From Gnetum montanum (lineage: Eukaryota > Plantae > Gnetophyta), in the NCBI GenBank assembly GCA_015680685.1, contig MNCI01000690.1:701888-765887 (forward strand): a DNA stretch of 64,000 bases, written 5' to 3'. The notes under the pieces are model-generated. The model was not told the DNA's origin, did not search any database, and was given only the letters and a program-made list of their open reading frames with translations. Made by a program: the position numbers and the translations under genes. Positions within the stretch are counted from its first letter, which is position 1. Every line of letters starts with the position of its first letter. Shown here piece by piece: positions 1 through 9,805 of the stretch.

Positions 1-245
1 TGGTGCGGTCGCACAAAACCCTTTGGAACACTTGGTGGCGATGTAGAAGGAGGTGAAGGATGAGAATTTTGAAATTGAGGAGAAGTGTAAGGTATCCAAG
101 GTGGTGGTTGTGTTGGAGAGGATATGGATTGATAGTATTAAGAAGAATAATAATAATGTGGTGAGATAAAGGATGTTGACCTGATTGGGGAAACAGGATG
201 TTGGACTTGATAAGCACTTAGGTTTGGATGATATGAATGATGTAA

Positions 246-1022
246 CTAGTTTGAGGGTGGCCTTCCCCACGACTGGGATTGTTGCCACTGTGATTGAACA
301 CAGTATCTCTGTATAAACTCTGGATGTAACACTCTTCCCCAATGCTCCTGTAAATGTGACAAGATTGGACATTGGCCCTTGGGGTGATCGTACAGGCAAA
401 TGTTGCACTGATATGTATGATTGGCAATTGAGCTCTTATTTTTTTCAACCCTTCTTTCTAATTGTCTAAGGGTATTTTTTCTTGCTTCTTGGCTCATCAT
501 GACTCTATCTCCAATAATGTTGGCATATTCTCCGCATTTTTTATGCATCCATTCCATCATCTCATTGATCTTTGCCTCAATTTCATCCGATGATTGTAGC
601 ATTGGCAAAGATGGTTCCACCTCCTTGAGGTGAGTTGATTTCTCTTCTTCATAATCATGGGCCCTTGATGATATTTGGGCCTGTTGAGATTTCTGAGCAT
701 TCTCCCATTTAGCCATTTCTCCTTCTTCTTTTGCTACCTGCTTAATAAGCTCTTGGAGTTGGTGGGTTTGTAGCTCATATAGTTGACCTCGGGCGTACAT
801 CCCTAGGGTCTCCCTTATTTCATTAAGGAGCCCATCAATAATGTGGTACATTAGCCTCTCCTTAGAGAACTCATGACCTGGGCAGTTGTTTAATAATGCA
901 TAATATCTTTCTAAGGCCATGTCCAAGGGTTCATGTTGTGCTTGTTTCCACTCTTGGATTTGTTTCCTCAAGGCTGACACTCTTGCATAGGTTTGATATC
1001 TTTTGTTGAAGAGCTCTACCAT
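246..1022 (-). pseudogene. gag: Retrotransposon Gag, C-terminal part still open (258 aa); N-terminal part to about 1330 disrupted
   Basis: ELFNKRYQTYARVSALRKQIQEWKQAQHEPLDMALERYYALLNNCPGHEF fits the Athila Retrotrans_gag pattern (F..Y...R..I..F.Q...E....WERY..LL..CP.H). Upstream KLKLFPMT motif. Confidence 0.85.
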
Positions 1023-1024
1023 TG

Positions 1025-1137
1025 TTGGCCAACATTAGATTGATTTTGGTTTTAATGACCTATACCATATTTTTGCTTGGCCAACGATAGATTGATTTTG
1101 GTTTTAATGACCTATACCATACTTTTGCTTGGCCAAC
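1025..1137. repeat. 52-bp tandem duplication inside gag
   Basis: TTGGCCAAC recurs at 1025, 1077 and 1129 with near-identical intervening sequence. The homologous gag near 16700-16760 lacks the duplication. Confidence 0.9.
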
Positions 1138-2326
1138 GAATGTCATAGGAAAGAGCTTAAGTTTTTACCATCCATTATCAATGTTGTTCCATGCACAGGC
1201 ATTGTGGAAGGCTTGCAAATGTTGTTATGGATCTAAATCGTAGGCTCCTGAAAACTTAGGAAAGTTGTTTAAGTCAAGCATGGGTAGATGGCTTTCCTTG
1301 CGATGTCTCTTGTATTTCCGTTAGGCTTGTAGTGGCCAGTAGGGATTCATTGTCATTGGGTAGATTATGCATTCGTGAGTTGGGATGATGTAGTCTTCAT
1401 TTATGTTTATAGGAAATCCCTACATCAGATTGGGTACTCCAAACTTCATCTTGATCATCGTATAATTCATTAGTTCTCCAATGAATTGCCTTACTAGTTA
1501 TTGTGTTATCATAGTCTTGTGAGAGAGACATGGTTGTAAATTTGTGTGTGACTTAACTGAAATTAATTTCTTTTCTAAAAGATGTACCGCAAATACTTTG
1601 TTACATTGATCTTGTATGATGTAACTAATCTAAATAACTAGCATCATCCCTGGTAATGGTGCCAATGATGAGTGGAGAGGTAACTCAACCATACGAATAC
1701 GAGTGTTTCATGAACAATCTGGTTGAACTCTGCAGATGGGCTAGTCGTGGTATCTAGATAGTTACTCGTTGATCACAGTTCACTGTCTTCCCACTTGGAC
1801 TAGTATATGCTTTGTCACGTATGGTTTAGTCCAGAGTGAGGTGTATGATGTGTTCCTAACTAATGCTACTCCTGGAGGCGATGGAAAATAATCTTAGCTA
1901 AGCTAGGAGGAAAAGGGGGAGAGAGTTATACTAAGAGGAGATAGGGAGAGAGAATCTAAACTAGCCTAAGTGCGATGAGCATCCATTCCTTAATCATCTA
2001 TACACATCTTGGACCTCATGCATGACTACTACTAGGANCACACTGTGGGCATGCATTGAGAAATAATTCTAACTCTAAGAAGGAAAAATTACAAGAGTTT
2101 GGGTAAGGGACTAAGAACTAATGTGGAAACCAAGGGTGCCGTCTCTTATTTATAGGCAAGGAGATAGGCCACGATATCATGTCAGGTCGTGATATTGGGT
2201 ATCTGATATCGAGGGTTCGATATTAGGACTCATCAGATAACAGGGGCCTGATATCGGGGGTCCGATAACGGGACTCATCATATAATAGGGGTCCGATAAT
2301 AGGACCTGAGAGACCATGACTCAATA

Positions 2327-2886
2327 CTATGGTACAAGCATGAAACACAATTCATATTTATTAACCAATATGACAAAAATCCTAGGAAACCTATCTTAAG
2401 ATCAACTAGAATATCCTATCCTATTTCCATTTTCCACCTTATTTTAGTTAGTTTCAAAATCTTGGAAATATCATTGCCTGTTCGAGTTGTCTCTAGCTTT
2501 TTCGAGATGTCTCGCTATAAAACTATTCATTAGGATGAGACATCTCACTTTTGGCTAAGACATCTTACATTGTAGCTAAGATGTCTCAACACTTCTTTAA
2601 AGATCTCAGTTGAGAGGTCTTCATACTTATGAAATGTCTCATGTGATATCTAAGATGTCTCATGCATTCTTGAGATGTCAAGTTTGAGACATCTATCAAA
2701 TTTCCCAGACATCTTGTGCAAGCTCTTAACTTGACCCAATCATCTCATGTCTCTTCTAAGATCCTAGATCTTGGAAAAGATGGCTCTAAGACCTCTAAGA
2801 TGTCTCCAAAAAGCCCACAACCTACAAAAACACATATTTAGGAAAAGAACAAGGGAATTGGAATAGGTGTCCCTACACCATTATCA
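2327..2886 (-). mobile_element. LTR fragment of the CRM-like family, interrupted by family A copy 1
   Basis: The reverse complement of 2327-2450 aligns with 12985-13100. It carries AGATGTCT/AGACATCT arrays as at 31915-32075 and starts TGATAATGG at 2886 on the minus strand. Confidence 0.65.
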
Positions 2887-4601
2887 TTGATTTTCAATTT
2901 TACCTAAGGTTTAGAGCTTACTTGAGATGTTTTAGTCACGCGAAGGCTTTCATCTATAGCATTGTCAATTGGATAGTGGAAATTTGGTACATTACTCTTG
3001 TTTTTGGGTTTTTGGTGCTTTGGTTATGTGCACATTCACTGTGGTCAATTTTTTTTGTTCATCAACTATTTCAAAAGTGTCTATATGTCAAATCTGATTA
3101 TTTTATGCATGTTTTTCAGGATATAGCATTTTTATAGTGATTTATTTTATTCATGGAATACTGAAAATTAGTTTGGCTTTGTTTTGATTTGTTTTAATTC
3201 CATTGTGATTTTGCCAATTTTTGGATAGTAGAATGAGGATTTTAAACCATAATTTATAGTTTTGGGCCTCAAGCAATAGTAGAATTAGGGTTTTAAGCCA
3301 TAATTTATAGTTTAGATTTGTAGTTTGAGCCATAATTTGTAGTTTGGATCTTGAAAATTGTGAAAGTGACTAAAAATATATCTTAAAGGGCTTCCCAGAA
3401 TTCTTGAAGGTCTAAAAACAACAATTGATCATCTTTTTAGGATTTATAGGCTTTTGTTGGGACTTTAGATTACCATTTTTGAGTTTTTGGAAATTTTTGT
3501 TATTGACTTAGAACCTTAATTTTCAATTCTAACAATTTCAAATCCCCATTTAGCAACAATTTCTTTTGCTTAGATTCTTTTCTTTGGTTTGCTAAGAAAT
3601 TTGGACACATTTTTGTTGGTGACCATTTGAAACTGCCAACACTAGCCTTCGAGATCTCGTGACTAGATCATGGATAACGAAGGTGTTCTTTCAAATAGGG
3701 TTTAGGTGGTTGTTGGTCTCTGGCAACACCAAGTCCTAAATACATTTAAATAAACTTAGTGGTTATAGAGCGAACTAAGCGTGAATGTGTAGTTACTGTT
3801 ATGATTGTTGAAATGGTTGGGTTTGCATATGAAACTATAACTGGCTATTGTAACAGAAATTCAACTAACTTCGTCAAACACTGTGAGTTATTAAAGATTC
3901 CTATTTTGTTAAGTCAATCTATATAGTCCCTATTGTACATTGCTTGAAACAAATAAAATTTCACAAAAATGCTTAAGCACAATTTTGCCAAAATCTACTC
4001 CTAATTGCCCTTAGAAAGAAAGTTTCACAAGAAAACTAGAAATAGAGTAAGATTCAATGGATTTAGAAAATGAAAAAAAAAGAAAGGCCGATTTGTGTGA
4101 AATCTCAAATATTTAAATAAGATAACTTGACATGAGGAAACACTTCGCAATAAAGCTATTTTAGTTCAATTTAAATATTATGAATTGTCCAAACCCTCTA
4201 AGCTCAACAAGCAATTTCATAAAAGATACTCTTATTTAACTACCAAAATGCTTTGTAAATGACAAAGTACAAGCTTTTATTTGGCTAGTTAATAGTTGTC
4301 AAGAATTGCAAACAATAGAGCTTTCAAATTTTTTTGACAATTTCAAGATTGAAATATTAAGGCAATAAACTTTTTTAAAAAATAAAGCTATTTCAATAAT
4401 CTCAAAGTATCAAAGATTTTTTTAGATCCTCTAGACTCAAATAGGCAATTTTTATAAGACATTACTATTAAATTGCTCAAGATGCTTTTCTAAGATAATA
4501 TAAGCTTTTATATGGCAAACCTAATAGAAGTCTAGTATTGCACAAAAACAGAGTGATAAGAGCAATGAGAAAATCCCAAAATTAAATGCCAAGCACGATA
4601 C

Positions 4602-7505
4602 TGTTGGCGACCGTTTGGGACACGACCGCCAACAAGTGTCCTCAAACAGGATTTAGGTGCTGTTGCGGCGTGTGGTTGTGAGAAATGTAACGATTGCGTT
4701 GCGTGTAAACTACAAATGACTTACTTTAAAGAGATTCAGCCAACTTTGCCAAGTACTGTGAGTTCTTGAAAATTTCCTATTTTGTTCAACTGCCTAGTCT
4801 ATGCGGTCCTTATAATACCTACTTGTAACAAATAAAATTTTGCAAAAACATTTGAGCACAACTCCGCAATCTACTCCTAATTTTCCCCAGAGAAAGAGAT
4901 AGTTCCACAAGAAAACTAGAAATAGAGCAAGATTCGATGGAAATAAGCAGAAAAGAAAAGAAAGCAGATTTGTGTAGACCTCAAATATTTAAACAAGGTA
5001 AAATGACACGAGTAAACACTTCGCAATAAAGCTATCCCAAATTCAATATCTACGAATTGTTCAAACTTCCAAGGCTCAAACAAGCAATATCTTCAAGACA
5101 ATCCTACTATGCTACCAAAAATTGCTGCGTAAACTACCACGTACGAGACTCCATTTTGACTAGATAATAGATGTCAACGATTGCATTCAAACAGAACCTT
5201 TAAAAGACTTGACAATTTCTGATTGAAATACCACGGGAATTCACTTTAAAGATAAAAAGAAGCTATTCTGGTCCCATCAAAATACCAAAGATTTTCTGAA
5301 CCCTCTCGACTACTGAATTGTTCAACGGCGTGACTACAAACAGAGGCTCTCTTACAACAATCCCAATAGCAGTTCCCATACGTTGCACAATAACAAAATT
5401 TACTACTAAAATGCTCTCAAGGCTTTTAAACACAAGCGCTTCTATGGCAAAATTTTAATAGAAATTTCTATCGGGCAACAAGAACAATAAGAGCAATCTA
5501 AAAATCCCAAAATTACTTGCCAAGGATGATACTATCTAAACCACTAGCTAAGCAATTTAAACAAAACAAAAAATGAAATGCATAACTCACAGGACCATGA
5601 CAAAGAGGCTGAAATCTTTATTCTAGCAAGCCATCTTGCAAGCAATCTTCTTTACAAATCTTCTTTGATGTGAGAAGTGATGATCCAATGTTCTTCCCTT
5701 CAATCCCCCTTTTTTTTTTACTTGACCCTTGAAGCCTTTTTATAGGGTTCAAAGGTAGGTAGGGAAGTTACATTTTAAAAATATCTCAAAAATATCTCAC
5801 CTAACTTTTCTCCCAAGTAATTGGACTATCCAATTAGAAAATTACTTGCCCAACAAGCTAGGAGATTTCTTGTCCAACAAGTTAGGTAAGTTACAACAAT
5901 TTTGGATGGTTGCAACCACCAAAGAGATAAAAAAGGCTATAATTTAGTTATATAAATAAAAGGGATAATAGCCAAATGTCTCCTTTCATATGAATATCTC
6001 ATAATTGTTCTGTTCTTTCCCTTTTAAATCATAAAAATATTTTATTTCATGTAGTGATAGGGTAGTAACCATGGATTTGATGCATGGGCTAATGTGTAAA
6101 TATAGGTATATATTCGAATGCATAAGTGGAGATGTGATCCATATGTTGATTTGTAGCATCCCTAATGTGATCTAATTTAATTTAATTGGGACATTACTTG
6201 TAAGTCTTGCTCAGCAAAATATTTGGTTAAAGATTAGAACTTAATCTAGCCTAATTTAATTTAAATTCCTAAGTGTCACTAAGCTCTAAGATTTTATAAA
6301 AAATCCAATATAATCTTCCCTTTTGATAGTAGCGGTGGTTAATTTTATCTTGCATCCGATAATTAGAATTCGGAATAACCAGAAATACGAGCCCAAAGGC
6401 GAAGCCGGTACTGATTCAAAATATCTTCTTTGATCGAAGACGTTCCAGCAACTGCCTTCAAGGGAGAAGACTCTGCCGCCGTATCAGGAAACGTCGCCGT
6501 GTGTTCGGTTTGGATCAGCAACTGCCTGCAAGTTTTGATGTTACGGTTTGAAAATTTTTGCTCTGCACTTTCGGTTGTCCTTCCGTCGCGGTGGCCTGCG
6601 CTCAGATCGGCGAGCAAAAAGGCAACGATTTCAACGGCAAAGGCCGGATTGGTTTGATGCCCGCGGAAGATGCAACGATATCGGCAGTAACAATGGTGGT
6701 CGTGAATGGTTCTCAGCGCTAAGGGTTTCGGGTCTCTATCCAGTGCCTGTTTTAAATTTCTGTCAGTTGGAGCCATAAAAATGTTGAATAATCGGATATA
6801 CTGCAAGGTCGTTTCAGGTTTTCAATCAGGGATAGGGCTTTCAGCTTGCGATAGCTCTTGATTCAACAACATCTCCATGATTGCTCGCACTTTTTTTTTG
6901 ATGCTGAGCTGGATGACTGATAATTTTTGGGGCAGACTGCTCATTTTCTTTTCTGCAAGATGCCGTTTTAGTTGCCCTTTTCGCTTGTGCACGCAAGTTT
7001 TTCACCGTCTCTGTTTTCTTCATGTGCGCTTGCCTTCGGATCTGATCCCTTGTGTTGAATTTTTCGCGTTATTCATTCTTGAAAACTGCATGTAGTTCGT
7101 TCCTGCTCTGGCGGTGGCCATTAATCACATTTTTTCTTTTTTTGCCTCCTCCATGTGCAGGGCTTTATCGCTAATACGATGGCCAGTCCAATCCTTTGAT
7201 AACCTGACCTTTTGATAATTTGATTTTTGAATAATCCGATAATGTATTATCCATGGTTTTCAATATTAATAGGGAGTATATCCTTTAGTAGTAAATAATC
7301 CCATCCTTAGATTTTTTTTTAAAAATTCCAATCTTTATAACTTGACATTCAAACACTTCAACATCAAGATTATTTATCATTGGCTTGCTCCCTATCAACT
7401 CACAATATTAAACTGCAATTTTGTAACCAGGGATTGTGCTATCTTTGAACAAAATANTAAACAAAATATTCCAACTGTTCCATGTAATGGCCAAATGTGC
7501 CAACA
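4602..7505 (-). mobile_element. 2904-bp solo LTR (inner copy) nested in a relative
   Basis: Termini TGTTGGC...GCCAACA form a 7-bp inverted repeat. Perfect 5-bp TSD GATAC at 4597-4601 and 7506-7510. No gag/pol, PBS or flanking PPT seen. Confidence 0.9.
5726..5755 (-). promoter_or_regulatory. Putative LTR TATA box inside an imperfect inverted repeat (inner copy)
   Basis: Minus strand reads CCTTTGAACCC-TATAAAAA-GGCTTCAAGGG. A homologous motif lies at 7663-7694. Confidence 0.55.
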
Positions 7506-7662
7506 GATACTATCTAAACCATTAGCTAAGCGACTAAAGACAAAATGAGAAGAAAAGAACTCACAGGATTAAAACAAAATAGCTGAATTGATGCCTTTAG
7601 CAAGCTATGCTTTATAATCAGTCTTCAATCTTTCCTTCTCTCCCCAAAATCCTTCATTTATA

Positions 7663-7694
7663 CCTTTGAAGCCCTTTCTATAGTGACTTCAGGG
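7663..7694 (-). promoter_or_regulatory. Putative LTR TATA region (outer copy)
   Basis: Minus strand reads CCCTGAAGTC-ACTATAGAAAG-GGCTTCAAAGG followed by TATAAA. It is the positional homologue of 5726-5755. Confidence 0.5.
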
Positions 7695-7889
7695 TAGTTA
7701 CAATCATAATGAGAACTTAAGGGGTGTTACAAATATCTAGGATACTAACTCATAACTATCATAAGAAATTACAATTTCTATGAGAAGTTACACCTTCTAT
7801 AGAAATCAAAGCTATAGTTACCAAGTGCCAAATTGGATAACCAACTTTCTTCTTAAATCATAACCCTCTTTTTTTAAAAAAATAAAAAA

Positions 7890-8090
7890 ATTCAATGGCA
7901 TTAACAAGACCAATATACATGTGTAAAAGCAAAAGCTTAAAACAAATAAATGGATCCGTAGTATAATCAACGGGCTTTTACTTCTGAACTTGTCCTCCTT
8001 CTGACTGTGATTCTGCTCTCACCAGCACCATCACTGCCGGGAATCGGGGTCCAATCCACGGGTTTAGGAAAGATAGCTGTAACTTTAGTT
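7890..8090 (-). other. Unidentified coding-like C-terminus plus 3' UTR-like tail
   Basis: Open reading KVTAIFPKPVDWTPIPGSDGAGESRITVRRRTSSEVKAR* followed by a T-rich tail. No family recognised. Confidence 0.3.
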
Positions 8091-8424
8091 AACAATACTT
8101 AAGGTGGGCCTCTTTGACTTTCCCACCTTCTTTATAACCACCAATGAGAGGCAAAAAGAGAGGCAGCTGCGTGAATGAAGATGCAAAGTACATGGACATG
8201 GCATGATCATATACAACCTTCTAAATCAGAAATGATCTCGGGGCGGTTATTTAACACTCTGCCGCTGGAAACATTCATATATCCCATTAATGAAGCCCTG
8301 CGGCCAGTGTTCTGTTTAGCGACCAAGTTGATACAAGATGAGCAGTAACAGCGGCAGCCACAGCAACAATGGCGGTTTATGACAGAGAATTGACTACCAC
8401 AGAGGCCAAGCCAAGTCCACTGAC

Positions 8425-8965
8425 TCTAACATCACATTCGATACCCCAGAACTGCAAATGATTCTAAATTTCAAAACCAATACGTTGGAGACGGTACAAG
8501 ACAGCTATTTCATGCAGTGGTATGCCTTGATCATTCACGAATTTAATGAATTTCACAATGGCAGTTGCCACACATAGCTCATTTCTGCAATCACATACAC
8601 TCATAACTGAGCCATGGGTTGATGATGTTCGTACAGTCTCTGGCACTCGGTTCCTCTTCTTGGAAATCAAGCTGGAATGCCAATGCTGCGAAAATTCTGC
8701 TGCAATTTCAGTGTCACTGCTGTGGGAAAAATTTTCCAAACATTTGAATATTGTGAAAACCGCTTGCGCCTCACCGGGAATATATTTGTTTGTCACCATC
8801 ACCTACAATTGTAATGCAATCATGGCCCTGCGGATATTATTCTTAGTAAATCATATTGGTCCATGTCTGTATCCTTTACAGTATGTCTGATAAAACCATT
8901 AAAGTTTATTCTGTTAGCCTCAAGAGTCCGTTGCTGACAGGTTTTGAATATCCAATCTGAAAATC
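8425..8965 (-). pseudogene. UvrD/Rep/PcrA (SF1A) helicase fragment, frameshifted, with internal deletions
   Basis: Across frames: QQRTLEANRINFNGFI, DTDMDQYDLLRII (after Walker B), CITIVGDGDKQIYSR*GA (motif III, VGD.DQ.IY..RGA), SLISKKRNRVPETVRT, GIPLHEIAVLYRLQRIGFEI*NHLQFWGI (motif IVa region). Confidence 0.85.
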
Positions 8966-9029
8966 CATGTCCAAATTGCTGGTTTTGGAGCCAAGAAGAA
9001 TCTTCAGGGAGGAGGATGTCAGTCTTGCC

Positions 9030-9125
9030 ATTAAGGTAGTTGGAAAGGCAGCCGATGCCGCTCATTTCGTAACCACTGAATGGTGCGTAGGTTTTAATAA
9101 TTATGAAACAGTTGATAGCCACGTT
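9030..9125 (-). pseudogene. Aldehyde dehydrogenase (ALDH2-like) C-terminal fragment
   Basis: INCFIIIKTYAPFSGYEMSGIG--CLSNYLNGK resembles the ALDH signature WINCF.....PFGGYKMSG.GRE....L.NYL..K with a short deletion. Confidence 0.75.
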
Positions 9126-9136
9126 TACGTCCTGGG

Positions 9137-9409
9137 TCATCCATATCCAGACTCAATTCTCTTTCTTTCAGCTAACATCATTCTGGGCATAGCATGCATT
9201 TCGTTAAAGTCATGTCCCGTGATGGGTAAAGTCGCTGGAGTGGGAGCCGGTGATGGTAATGGCGACCTTGACGCAGTCACTGTGATTGAAGCCATAAACA
9301 AGAAAAATGCCACAACAACTGCTGCAGGCCATCGTAACCTAAGAGAAGCCTCCAGACTGAGCTTATCCATTTCTTCCTTTGCTATGGATGCGAGGCACCG
9401 CTCCTCCAT
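9137..9409 (-). pseudogene. N-terminal fragment of a secreted Pro-rich protein
   Basis: Hydrophobic signal-peptide-like stretch WPAAVVVAFFLFMASITVTA followed by SRSPLPSPAPTPA. Family not recognised. Confidence 0.45.
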
Positions 9410-9529
9410 TATACTTCATTAAGCTTGTACAAGGAGGAAAGTCATCTCAGTCAAATCAGAACGTTGCCATCGAGGTCGGCACTGTAAATAAGTAAATAAC
9501 TAAACGCTGCTGCTGGGTGTCTCCATGGA

Positions 9530-9805
9530 GTTCAGCACATTTTCTTGTTGCAAAAGTCAAGTATGAATAATGTTGAGTAAACCCTGCAACTGTCCATCCA
9601 TCATCATCAGTTATGGCGTATCCCAACGATCTCGTCCAAGCCTCCCAAGGATAGAAAGACACACACATGTTGTGACTGTCTCTGTATATTAGTGCAGCAT
9701 AGTCCTTGCCGGTGAGATTGTTATAGCAACTGATCATGCTACCGGCGTCATGACTAAAGTAAATGCGGTCTATGTATATTTCCCAGATACCCGCAACCTC
9801 TGAAA
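9530..9805 (-). pseudogene. Serine carboxypeptidase-like (peptidase S10, SCPL20-like) C-terminal fragment, apparently intronless
   Basis: SEVAGIWEIYIDRIYFSHDAGSMISCYNNLTGKDYAALIYRDSHNMCVSF..EAWTRSLGY..VAGFTQHYSYLTFATRK parallels HDAGSMI..H.NLT..GYRALIYSGDHDMCVPF...EAWTRSLGY...QVAGYTQGY...LTF.TIK. Confidence 0.9.

Larger units (their letters stand above)
1..2326 (-). mobile_element. Athila-like Gypsy element, family A copy 1 (5' LTR 1666-2326, PBS, gag; runs off the left edge)
   Basis: On the minus strand the LTR ends CTCATCA at 1666 and is followed by the PBS TGGCACCATTACCAGGGA, a deaminated form of the Athila-type TGGCGCCGTTGCCGGGGA. The LTR is homologous to 15032-15832 and 63557-64000. Confidence 0.85.

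Noticed and set aside
3780-5530. Simple tandem duplication or duplicated multi-exon gene
   Set aside because: Better explained by nested insertion with the GATAC TSD. No conserved reading frame.
6363-6806. 147-aa ORF as a host gene
   Set aside because: No recognisable domain, it lies inside a TSD-bounded solo LTR, and ORFs overlap on both strands as expected in GC-rich DNA.
7855-7880. AAAAAAAGAGGGTTA-TG on the minus strand as a PPT plus LTR start, which would put the mosaic in the internal region
   Set aside because: The inner copy is proven by its TSD to extend well beyond the homologous point, and its terminus is matched at 10240-10252. This reading is disfavoured but not fully excluded.
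8100-8190. PPR-like snippet LIGGYKEGGKVKEA
   Set aside because: Too short to assign by eye.
8967-9422. 151-aa plus-strand ORF (also 8546-8890)
   Set aside because: Antisense shadows of the recognisable minus-strand fragments.
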